64,000 bases of DNA from an uncultured bacterium (GTDB lineage: Bacteria; Chlamydiota; Chlamydiia; Chlamydiales; FEN-1388). Within the stretch, counting starts at the first letter, position 1, and each line of letters opens with the position of its first letter. The notes under the pieces are model-generated. The model did no database searches. It had not been told where the DNA came from and worked only from the letters and a program-made list of their open reading frames with translations. A program made the translations under genes and the position numbers. The DNA lies in NCBI GenBank assembly GCA_964577935.1, contig CAZOAJ010000001.1, forward strand, positions 14,208-78,207, read 5' to 3'. Shown one piece after another: positions 1-11,100 of this stretch.

Positions 1-1190
<1,190 letters not shown>

Positions 1191-1219
<29 letters not shown>

Positions 1220-2441
1220 CTTGAGCTCCTTCATTGACTCCTCTCTTTCTCCTTGGCATGTTGTTCGTAATATCATCAAAATAGCTCAAAAAGAAGACTT
1301 TTCAATTCTTCATGAAAAAGAGGATTGGGTAATTAAGCCTGAGTCCTCCTACCTGATTCAAAGAGGGTGTTCGCTCATTCTTATTCGAACGCCAAAAGTT
1401 TCTCTTGAATCAATTTCAATGGTTGCGGCCCATACCGATAGTCCGGCTCTCAAAATTAAACCAAATCCAGTTACGCAAAAAGAGGGGCATACACTCCTTC
1501 AATTGGAAGCTTATGGCGCCCCAATTCTTTCTTCATGGATTGGCAGAGACCTGTCAGTTGCAGGACTTGTCATCAAACAGGATGAATTAGCTTCAGCTAA
1601 AGAGTGTTGTGATTCACTTATTGAAATTCCAAGTGCTCTTTTTATCCCTCATGTTGCCCTACATCTTGATAGAACCGTTAACGATTTAGGCCACCAAGTG
1701 GCAAAGCATGACCACCTCTTTGCCTTTATCACGAATAACGAGGTAAAGAGATCTTATGATGATTCTTCAGTTGTCTATCGAGAGCTTTATGCAGTATCTG
1801 AGGAGGGTGTTTCTGAGAGAGATGGGTATGTTTCAGGTCCTCGCTTAGATAATCTTGCATGTCTTATTCCTGCGCTGCAAGCTTTTATGAATCAGCCACA
1901 TAGTGACCGGAAACTTAAAGTCTTCGTTGCGTGGAATCATGAAGAAATAGGATCTCAAACGGCTGAGGGGGCGCTTTCTCCATTTTTAAGCGATATTCTC
2001 GAGCGTCTTTCTATAGGCTTTGGTTTGGCACGATCTTCATATCTCAAGCTTAAGTCAAAGTCTGAAATGATATCATGTGATGTGGCGCATGGATATCATC
2101 CTAATTATCCTGAGAAATATGATCTGAAGCATTCTCCAAAACTTGGTTCTGGGGTAGTTGTTAAAACAAATCCTAATATGCGTTACTGCCAATCGGCCTC
2201 TCTTTCTGCAAAATTTACATCGCTTGTTAAAACAAATTCGATCCCCCACACATTCTACTCTTTACGCAACGATCTTCAATCAGGAAGTACTATTGGACCA
2301 CTTGTTTCAAGTCAGATGGGTGTCGAGACAATCGACATTGGCATTCCTTTGATTGGGATGCATTCTATCCGTGAATTTGTAGATAGAAACGACATCAAGG
2401 CGCTTCAAAAAGCGTTAGATGCTTTCTACAGGGCGCCTTGA
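1191..2441 (+). CDS. M18-family aminopeptidase (aspartyl aminopeptidase-like)
   Basis: MVAAHTDSPALKIKPNP is the M18 AHTDSPxLxxKP signature. Also present are the PRLDNLACL, WNHEEIGSQTAEGA and IGIPLIGMHSIRE metal/active-site blocks. I place the start at ATG 1191 (MHQIDPATIDLSSFIDSSLSPWHVV), giving a 29-nt overlap with the selU stop. The ORF-track start at 1086 lies inside selU. Confidence 0.85.
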
Positions 2442-2464
2442 TAGATAAAATGAGCAGAAGGAAA

Positions 2465-3934
2465 TTATCCCTTCTGCTCGAGGGCTTCTGAGCTTGTTGC
2501 ACGAGTATCAGGCTTCCAAAGAGCAAGAAATGCCTTTGTTGGATCCATCATGGTTTTGACATCGGGACTCTTGTCGTAGTACATGCAAAGAATGTCGATA
2601 AGTTTGTTACGAGCCTCTTCTGGGAGCTTAGAAAGTTCTACGTAGAGTGTATCTATTGCAAGTTTCATGTAGGGGGTGAGTAAGTCGTAGAGTTTTTTTC
2701 CTTCAGGGGTATTTTGATCAACGGTCATGAGGAGCTTAAGTTCAGCTCCGCTCAGTGCCCCTACTTCCATTCGGTAGAGAAGAGCTAAGGAAGAGACGAT
2801 GAGGGCTATTCGAACCGTTGCATCTATGACACGTCCTTGCGCTTCTGTGAGCCCATATTTTTGAGTTAAAAAATCTATGCGGGATGAGATAAATTTTGAA
2901 AAAGTCTCACTGTTCAAAAATGAGATGAGCGTTGCGGTATAAGCACGCGCCGATGCTTGATCTACCTCTTTCTCTGTTCGTTCCTTCCCTTTGAGAAATG
3001 CAAACGTTACGGGAAGTGCCCAGACTTGTGAAATCGAGACCATGCCTTGCGCCATTAGGCTTAAAACATCTCTCATATCTTGAGGCATTGGCGGTATGAC
3101 AGCGGCCTGTATTGAATCATCAATCATATTTGTTGTGACAAGCCCAATGCTTCCGACTTGCTGAGTTGAAGTCACTGCAAGTGTTGCGCTTGTAAGAGAT
3201 ACGATCAGGAGAGAGATCGCTGGCTGGCTTAGATCAACTGTTCCTTTTTTTACCTCATCGACATACCCGCTTATAATTTCTTGAAGAGGACTTGGTTTCT
3301 TTTCACGTCGAATTCGATCATCTCGTCTTGCTTGGTCTGCTCGTTCGGCCTCAGCTTCAATCCACTTATCAAGCATATCAATGACAAGCCGCTGTTGGGC
3401 GATTTCGAAGGCGGATATGAGAAGAGCTGGGTTTGCTGTCCTCATAAGAGCTGTAGATAGAGGAGCGTCTTTAAAATTTGATAAGCTATCTAATGTGTTT
3501 GGAGAATCTGATCCTGTTTTAATATAGCGCTCTAAAGCAATTTCAAGAGGATTTGTTGCTTTGCTTTTAACATCTTCGGTGCTGAGCTGGTCTTGAAGAG
3601 CAAGATTTTGACCCCAGCTTGATAGCCCAGAAAGAACTACAGCGCTTTCGACATCGCCAAACGTTTTGGACGCAAGCGAAGGATCTCCTGAACGATCGAT
3701 GGTGAAATTATTTTCAAAATCGGATGCTATAAATGAAAAAAGCATCGGCTGCACGGTAGGAGGAGGTAAGAGAGATAAGATATCTCTTGCAGCTTCCTGA
3801 TCAGTTGCACTTGACGAGTCCAGGTTGAGGTTCTGAGATAGCCCAGGAACGTACTGACTTGCATAACTTTGCAACTCTGCAACAAAGTCCCGCCAGTTTG
3901 TATTTCCTTGACCAAGCGAATTTAAATTAGCCAT
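2465..3934 (-). CDS. hypothetical membrane-associated protein; candidate minor T3SS translocator (CopD/SctB-like by architecture only)
   Basis: This is a 489-aa ORF with no signal peptide. Its central hydrophobic segments (AISLLIVSLTSATLAVTS, VSISQVWALPVTFAFL, VRIALIVSSLALLYRMEVGAL) are flanked by charged helical regions. The start lies 6 nt after the stop of the upstream 1323-aa gene, behind a GGGGGA Shine-Dalgarno. The function is inference only. Confidence 0.6.
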   Translation of the reverse strand: MANLNSLGQGNTNWRDFVAELQSYASQYVPGLSQNLNLDSSSATDQEAARDILSLLPPPTVQPMLFSFIASDFENNFTIDRSGDPSLASKTFGDVESAVVLSGLSSWGQNLALQDQLSTEDVKSKATNPLEIALERYIKTGSDSPNTLDSLSNFKDAPLSTALMRTANPALLISAFEIAQQRLVIDMLDKWIEAEAERADQARRDDRIRREKKPSPLQEIISGYVDEVKKGTVDLSQPAISLLIVSLTSATLAVTSTQQVGSIGLVTTNMIDDSIQAAVIPPMPQDMRDVLSLMAQGMVSISQVWALPVTFAFLKGKERTEKEVDQASARAYTATLISFLNSETFSKFISSRIDFLTQKYGLTEAQGRVIDATVRIALIVSSLALLYRMEVGALSGAELKLLMTVDQNTPEGKKLYDLLTPYMKLAIDTLYVELSKLPEEARNKLIDILCMYYDKSPDVKTMMDPTKAFLALWKPDTRATSSEALEQKG

Positions 3935-3940
3935 AAAGAT

Positions 3941-6900
3941 CTATCCCCCAATGATGATCGTCGGCTGATTTCTCTTATCATTATTGGACCTTGTAATGAT
4001 GGAGAAATCTCGAACAATTGATTTTGCAGGATCGGAGAGAACATTAAGATAGACTTCATTATAGTCCGATAGCTTCTTAACGCTTTGGAAAAATGTTTCT
4101 AAAATGCCTTGAGAGTATTTTTTGTCATTAAAGAGTTGAGTAAACTCCTCATGTCGCTGTTTGAAGAGCGCAATAATCGGCTTTGGTATATTGAGAGATT
4201 GTTGAAATTGACTTCTCTGAGCATCTTCTTTTACTCCGGAAGCTTGCAATCTTCGTGAATCTTCTTGAGCAACTTCAAAAAGGGTACGGGCAATCCGTGC
4301 TTCATTATCTGATTTATTGATTTGTGCAAGCCCAAGCTCTGTGAGAAGTCTTGCTTGATGAATACTCAATGAGCCGGCATTGACTGCAACGAGGAGAGCT
4401 GCAAGTCTTTCAGCTCCCAGGTTTAAAGTGCGGTCATCAAGCGTTTGTGTTTGTTGTATGAGGCCTTGCTGAATAGGCTGTGGAAGGGTGTTAAAATCTT
4501 GAACAAGCCTGTCCAAAACTTGTAGAGGAGAAACATTTCCGAGTTGCTGCGGATTTGGTATTAAGGAAGGAGTGATAGGTGTAGGCGGAGCAGGAGTTTG
4601 AGGAATATCCGTTGGTGTTGTAGGGGTCTTTATCTGACTTGGTTTGTTAAAGTCGCTTGTGCTTGGAGCCGGAGTTGAAATTGGATTTGAAGCAGATGGT
4701 TGAGCACCAAAGGTATTTGATGTATAAGATTCATCGCTTGAGATCTGATCAGTCGTGCTGAATTGATCTGATGTCTCTGTATACCCTGTATCGGGTGAAG
4801 TTTGAGATTGACGTATAGATGCTTGATCCGACGCTGCTTGCCTTCTCAGTCGCTCAGAAAGATTGAGAAGTTCCCTATTCAATAAACTAAGAGCTTGTTC
4901 TTGCTTGAGAATGTCGCTCAGAGTGTTTTCTCCTCTTTGAGAAGATGTTTTTTCTTGATTGGCCAATTCTTGAAGTCTTGCTTCTGCATCATCGACTTCG
5001 CGTTTTAAGCCATCGTAAAGAGCCGTGTCTCTTTTAATCTGTGCAAATTTTTCTTTAAAAAGGGCTATGATCTCATTAAGAAAATCTTGAGTTCCTGGAG
5101 GTGATTTGAAGACAACTCCCACTTCTTTTAGCGTTTGAAGCGCTACATCTATTTGAGCTCTTCCTCCAGGGATGAGTGGAGATGCGGCTATCCCAGTTGA
5201 TGCTGTTGCTAGGAGGAAGATAAGGAAGGCGCTATTCTCTTTGCTTAAACCACTAAGGGTTAAAATTTGTGCAAATGTCTTCTCTTGACCACCTAGCGCT
5301 CCTATTAAGCCTGATGCGACTTGGGACGTGAGTCCTAATTGCTTGAAGAGATCTTGCAGTTCTCCTCCGAAGGTGAGGGAAGAGAGTGCATCTATTGGAA
5401 TACCTGCTGAAGAGGCGGTTAAGGCAGCTAAGAGAGTTAATAGGAGTTTTTGTAAGACAATGATAAGTGCATTGAGTTGTTCGATTTCATCTTTGCTAAA
5501 AGCTTTATCGGCTCCAGGAAGTATGGTTGAGAGATTTACAAGAAGGTTTTTGTCATCACCAGCTGCTTTAAGTAATTCAGCAGTCAGTGTGAGAGCTACT
5601 GCTTGTAGAGTTTCAGTATCCTTGTCTTTTGTAATGCCCAGTTCTTCCGGAGTCATGCCATAGACTGATTTGGACGCATCAGGTGCGTTTTGTAATGCTA
5701 CTAGAGCTTGGAGCCCAGATGAGATACCAATCCGCTCGAGCAATTGAGCTAGGTTCTTTTTGAAGGTGTCGTTTTGAACAATATTGTTCAAAACTTGGGA
5801 TAATTGTTCGGAGGTAACTTGCCGCTCAGAGGCAGTAAGGCCGAAGGCTCCTCCGACATTTGCCGTCGTATGAGTTCCTCGTGGCGTGAATATCGAGCTT
5901 ATAAGGTTCTTTTGAAAAATTGAACTCCCTTTACGAGAGCGCCCGACATCTTCAGTGTCACTCTCTTTTTGAGATGCAAGGGATAATCCCATCAAATTGA
6001 AGAGTAAGCCAACAAATGGGAAAAGAATAAGCTGTTGAAAAATTGCCGTTGGGGTTGCTGTTAAATCACGCACAGGGACATACGATCGCAAGTAGAGTTT
6101 GCTCAGATACTGAGTGGCCCTATTCACTGGGGTTTGTGGAAACATGCGAATTTGGCTAATGACATTATTTGCCGCCTCGATATTTTGATTAAATGCATCA
6201 ATAGCAGCTTGACTTGGAATTGTAGGTGGATTTGTAGAATAGTTTACAGTTGGAGGTGCTGGGAGTGCCGATGCTGATGAAAAATTTGGTATTGTCGAGG
6301 CCGCTGTGTACTGAGGTAGCGCTGACACGGATGGAATAGAAAGGTCGGGATCCTGGTTAAATAAATCAAAGTAATTTCTCGTGTCTGGAGGGGACTTATA
6401 TGCTTGAGTAAGAGCGCTTGTTATGTCAGAACTCGATGTATTTAAGGCCGTCAATAAGTTGCTTGTCGAGCTATTTTGGTTTGCGATATACCCATTTGCT
6501 GCCGAAATGTAACTATTTATTTCAGATATGTGCGAGTTGTAGTACTGGTACTGTGCTATAGATTTTGACAATATCGACTGATTATCTGCAGACACTTTTT
6601 GATTATACGCGATATCTGCGGCTTGTATGATTCCGGCCCACGAGTTTTCAGCTCCATAGCGTGCGTAAAAGCCTAGTAGCTGGTTTGCTGTGCTATTACG
6701 TACGTAGGCAAAAACACTGGCATCTGCATTAGCAATAAGTTGTGAAAGCTGATCGAGCATAAGCTGAACACTTGATATCAACTCCATCAAAGCGCTCATG
6801 GACATAGATTTGGAGGGGCTTGGCAGCTTTGGCATATTCGTAATGCTTGAGCTGATGTTGTCGCCTCCTGTCGCATTGATTCCTGCTTGCCTGCTCAATG

Positions 6901-7912
6901 TTTGCGCTTCAGTTGCAGCTGTAAGAGCATTTGTATAGCTTGCGTTAGTGTCGGTGTTTGTCCCTAAGTGAGATGCGTAAACAGCAGCGTCACTCGATTG
7001 TGCTGCTTGATAGGCTGAATTGATAATAGCCTGCGTTGCACTTTTTGCGTTCTGGACAGTAGCAGGCCAGTTTGTGGCCGTATTGCTTGCAGCAATAAAT
7101 GCTTCTGCCATCTTTGCATCGAGTGCATTCACTGAGGTGTTGTAGTTTGCTTGGGCCTGATACATTGCATTGCTCAAAGGACTACGGAGACTCAGGTAAT
7201 TATTTATGACGTTTTGTTGTGCAGGAATAAGGTTGTCAGTATAGTTTGAGTAGGTACTGTATAGGCTGCCATCATAGTATACATACCATGCTTGACTAAG
7301 CGCCAAGTCCTTATCAATATACAAGTTAAGTAAAGCGCTTCGAGCAATAGCGATTTGTGCTTCATTGTATCTAAAATCAGTCAGTTTGTTAAAAAAATCA
7401 GACCTGACGCTCGCACGTCCTGAATTGATAGCCACAGCGTCATTGTACCTTGCTTGCGTAAGACCATCAAATGGAGACGATTGAATCTGTGAACCCAGGG
7501 TTGTAATTGCGGCATTCAGATCGTTATTTGCTATCTGTTCGGTCAGGAGTTGCTGTCTTGCAAGAGAGGTAACATAGCTAATAGAGGCGCTTTGGTAGGC
7601 ATTGTTCGCATTTCTCAAATTGGTTGCTGCCGTTGAAAGCGCTGTATTTGCTGCAGCGAAAGCCGACAAAGCATTATTTAATGCGGTTTGATTTGCAGGG
7701 GTTGGATTTGATGCATAATTCGAACGCGCCGTAAATGAATTGTTTGCGGCTGTGCCCATGTTATTATAGGCGACATTATATTGAGCCTGTCTTGTGTTGT
7801 AGGTGTTTTGAGCTGATATATAGGCTGCTTGGTTTGTGCTAATCTCGGTCGCTACCGAAGAAAGTGTATACCCAGCTATGCTAGGTCCCCCAGGACTTGC
7901 TACAGTTGTCAT
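3941..7912 (-). CDS. large hypothetical membrane/secreted protein; candidate major T3SS translocator or effector
   Basis: Uninterrupted 1323-aa ORF with an AAAGGAGAA Shine-Dalgarno before the ATG. The N-terminal ~600 aa are low-complexity and rich in A/N/S/T/Q/Y. The middle carries a hydrophobic hairpin (QQLILFPFVGLLFNLMGLSLA) and later hydrophobic helices (LLLTLLAALTASSAG, AFLIFLLATASTGIAASPLIP). A coiled-coil stretch and a proline-rich tract (PTTPTDIPQTPAPPTPITPSLIPNP) follow. I recognised no enzymatic motif. Confidence 0.65.
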   Translation of the reverse strand: MTTVASPGGPSIAGYTLSSVATEISTNQAAYISAQNTYNTRQAQYNVAYNNMGTAANNSFTARSNYASNPTPANQTALNNALSAFAAANTALSTAATNLRNANNAYQSASISYVTSLARQQLLTEQIANNDLNAAITTLGSQIQSSPFDGLTQARYNDAVAINSGRASVRSDFFNKLTDFRYNEAQIAIARSALLNLYIDKDLALSQAWYVYYDGSLYSTYSNYTDNLIPAQQNVINNYLSLRSPLSNAMYQAQANYNTSVNALDAKMAEAFIAASNTATNWPATVQNAKSATQAIINSAYQAAQSSDAAVYASHLGTNTDTNASYTNALTAATEAQTLSRQAGINATGGDNISSSITNMPKLPSPSKSMSMSALMELISSVQLMLDQLSQLIANADASVFAYVRNSTANQLLGFYARYGAENSWAGIIQAADIAYNQKVSADNQSILSKSIAQYQYYNSHISEINSYISAANGYIANQNSSTSNLLTALNTSSSDITSALTQAYKSPPDTRNYFDLFNQDPDLSIPSVSALPQYTAASTIPNFSSASALPAPPTVNYSTNPPTIPSQAAIDAFNQNIEAANNVISQIRMFPQTPVNRATQYLSKLYLRSYVPVRDLTATPTAIFQQLILFPFVGLLFNLMGLSLASQKESDTEDVGRSRKGSSIFQKNLISSIFTPRGTHTTANVGGAFGLTASERQVTSEQLSQVLNNIVQNDTFKKNLAQLLERIGISSGLQALVALQNAPDASKSVYGMTPEELGITKDKDTETLQAVALTLTAELLKAAGDDKNLLVNLSTILPGADKAFSKDEIEQLNALIIVLQKLLLTLLAALTASSAGIPIDALSSLTFGGELQDLFKQLGLTSQVASGLIGALGGQEKTFAQILTLSGLSKENSAFLIFLLATASTGIAASPLIPGGRAQIDVALQTLKEVGVVFKSPPGTQDFLNEIIALFKEKFAQIKRDTALYDGLKREVDDAEARLQELANQEKTSSQRGENTLSDILKQEQALSLLNRELLNLSERLRRQAASDQASIRQSQTSPDTGYTETSDQFSTTDQISSDESYTSNTFGAQPSASNPISTPAPSTSDFNKPSQIKTPTTPTDIPQTPAPPTPITPSLIPNPQQLGNVSPLQVLDRLVQDFNTLPQPIQQGLIQQTQTLDDRTLNLGAERLAALLVAVNAGSLSIHQARLLTELGLAQINKSDNEARIARTLFEVAQEDSRRLQASGVKEDAQRSQFQQSLNIPKPIIALFKQRHEEFTQLFNDKKYSQGILETFFQSVKKLSDYNEVYLNVLSDPAKSIVRDFSIITRSNNDKRNQPTIIIGG

Positions 7913-8040
7913 TAGGGTTCTCCTTTCGTCGAAATTATGGATTCAATAGGGAAAGCGCCCACATTTCTAGGTGTCGTGGATTCTAACACTTTGCGAGGCT
8001 CGAAGATCAGGGCCGCTTCTTTCTTCCCTGCACAAGGGTG

Positions 8041-8049
8041 ATTATACCA
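8041..8049 (-). promoter_or_regulatory. extended -10 promoter element (TGGTATAAT) for the 1323-aa/489-aa operon
   Basis: The minus strand reads ATATGGTATAATCAC, which matches TGnTATAAT perfectly, 129 nt upstream of ATG 7912. A TTGTAA -35-like hexamer lies at 8066-8071 with a 19-nt spacer. This is a sequence pattern only. Confidence 0.4.
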
Positions 8050-8113
8050 TATTATAAAAAAAAATTTACAATTATCGATGGTGTTTTTTTCTTTCTATGT
8101 CCACAACTTGTAT

Positions 8114-11100
8114 CTAAATATTGGGAATTCGCTCTAATTCACCAAGAAGATCAATAAGCCCTATTTTTTCAATTCCTGTTTTCGGATCAAATGAGGTTAT
8201 GAAAGGATCTAGTTTCTGAGTCGCTCCAAGGAGGTCAAAAATATCAGGAACGATCCACCTGAGAGTATCATATGTAATGATCGGATAGGCATTTGGATGT
8301 TTTTCGTCTACAACGACCCCTGCTGGGTCGATATATGTGAGCCCTATCATTGACAGGATTTTATTTAATTTATTTTTTTCGACATCAGTCAGTGATCGCT
8401 TCTTATTCTTGAGCCACTCTTGAGTTTGGATTACCAAGTTTAACGCGATCAATCGGCTTGTGCATTCACGTTTTTGTTCTACGATTTTATCAGGGCGTGT
8501 CTCAAGAGGTTGAGTTAAAGGATAAAGACATTCTTCGATGAAGAGTGTTGTCGCGAAATTCTGAGTATCTAACATCGATCTAATTGTTGCTGCATCATTT
8601 GCATTCAACATATTATTTTTTAGGGCGGATGAGAGTTCTTTTTTTGCATTTGCTTGGATTTCGCCTATTAAAGGTTTTTTCGCATGTTTTGCTTCGTATC
8701 GAGCTTTCCAGGCAGCTAAGAGATCATCGGATGGTGTGAATTTCGGTAAAGTATGTTCTTTTTCAGATATGTCAATGATCGGGAGCGCCTCATGAGACAC
8801 ATCGTTTCTAAGATATCCACTCAGTTTTGCTTGGATCTTTTCCTGAATCATTTTTTGGAGTTTCGAAACCTCTTGGAGTTTTGTATGCGTATCGTATGAA
8901 TCTACCAACGCTGCCGATCTGATAAGGCTTGCCTTTTGTTCTTCAAGCGACTGTGTCGCATCGCAATAGTCCTTAAATTTCTCAATCGTTTTTGAAGAGG
9001 TCAGAATATCTGCCTTTGTGCTCCAAAGATTTAAATCTTTCAGTAGCTCTTCCTGCGATTTTGTTTGGTCTTCTTTAAGTATTTTTGAAAGTTGCACAAA
9101 CAGAGCAGCCCCTATGTCCTTAATAACAGGAACATCCTTATTTCCGAGTGCACTCATCAGTCGAGAAACAGTCGTATAGAGTTGAGTTTCTCCCTGCGGA
9201 AGTTTAATTTTATCTGCAGTAAAACGATTTTTTAGCTCTGAAATAAGTTCCTGGTAACTTTTTGTATGTTCAAAATTGCTTTTATCAAAGGTAGCTATAG
9301 AAAGTTTCTGTTGTTCCCAATTTGGAATCCTTGAAAGGCCAGCGCTTAAGAAATCACTGAATATACGAACTTTTAATGAGATTTCCTCCTGAGAAGGACA
9401 TGAGGCAGAAGTATATACTTTTCCCGAGGGAAAGCTCAAAGAAGTGGCTAGTCGAAGAGATAAAAGAATTGAAGCCTTTTCTTCTTTATCAAGGTGTGCT
9501 GCGTCAATTAATCCATAGGCTCCCTGATAGAGGCTCGAACAGAGAAATGATGCTTGGTTTAGGTAGTCAAGCGGTTCTTCAGGAGGGGCTTTCATCAGCT
9601 TTTTGACCTCAAGCAATTCTGAAAATGATTTGCTTAAAAAGAGAGTTCCTTCTTTAAGAATCATATCAATTGATGCTAGGTCCTCGAGATCCAGGGGATC
9701 GACATTTTCAAACTTATTTACATCTTCTTGAATAAGCTGCTGAATAAGCGTCGATGAATTTCCTGCTTGGAGAATTGCAGAGCGGCATAAGTCTGCTTGA
9801 TTATGGTTCAGAGGGAATCTCTTTAGATCGGTATCTAAAATATCGATGAAGGGATCCCCCTCTCCAGGAAGATCACTTCCAATCTGAGACCGTTGCCATG
9901 CTGATGCGGCTGCTTTAAGGACTTTCATCTTTTCGATTGGAGAAGTGCTTTTGGTAAGAGCGTCAAATGAGACTTGGTCCTGTAATTCGAGAGACTCATA
10001 CAATTTTTTCAGTTGTTCAACTTGAGCTACACTTGGCCCGATATGTACTCCGCCTTGAGCAAGCTTTGTCGCTTCTTCAATCTCAACGAGTTGTGTTTCA
10101 ATATCGGTACTTTTTGCAGTCCATAGATTGGTAAATCGCAGAGAAAGTGGGGTTTTTGTATGGTCGCTGTTAGATTGAACTGGAAATGGAATTAAATTAG
10201 TTTCTAGATGCTGATAAAATTCTTTGAGAGATTCTTTGGCATCTTGCACAGAGTCTATAGATGAATGGATTCTATCTAGGACATCTTCACGAGCCAATGG
10301 TAAGATGGCGGCTTTTTTTTCGGCTTCAATCAGAGCCATTTCCCACTTTCTAATTTGAATTTGAGCTTCTATAAGAGTTTGTCTGAATTCTGGAACCTGG
10401 TTAATAAATTCTTCGCCATAAGTAATCAACTGTATGTCTTGCGGCGATAAAGCTATTCCTTGTTTAATTCGTTCTTGAATGCTTTTTAATTTTTTAATAA
10501 GAGTTCGCTGTTTATGCGATAGGGGAGAAAAAGCAGACTCAAATTGCTCCAGGGCTTTTTTTTGATCTTGAGTGAGCTTATTAATATCCTCGACAGCATT
10601 GGTTATTGTTGAAATGGCTTTCTCAAGAGGAATATTTTCATTGTGCTCAGGTTTAAGAGCTTTTAGGAGCCGTTGAATCTGTCTGGATTTATAGCTGTTT
10701 AATTTATTATCTTTAGGTAGATATAACATGGTCAACGTGTATTCGACCGTTGTCTGAATGTTATTAGATTTCAGGACAAGTTGGGTGAGATTATTGAGGA
10801 CCGCTTCAACTTGTTTAAGCTGTTGAGCATCTATCTGCTTCCCGGCAATCTCCTGGGAGAGCTCTACTTCAAAAGCTTTCCAATCCTTATTTGATAAAGA
10901 TTCTGGTATTTTGTTGAGATCGGAATATTGTTGAGTGCTTATAGAGGTCAATAGGTCATTCAAATACTGATTAACCTCACTTTTGAGCTTATCGACCTTA
11001 TTTCTTCCGTTTGTGCTCAGCGGAGTTGAGTAATAGGTTCGTATCTTGACAAGGGTAGGGCTGATTTTTTCCAGCTCTGTAATAATAGACTCCTTTTGAT

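Noticed and set aside
5328-5663. 111-aa plus-strand ORF inside the 1323-aa gene
   Set aside because: It is antisense to a long, uninterrupted ORF. It is Ser/Ala/Arg-rich, as expected from reading an Ala/Leu/Ser-rich gene backwards, and has no independent support.
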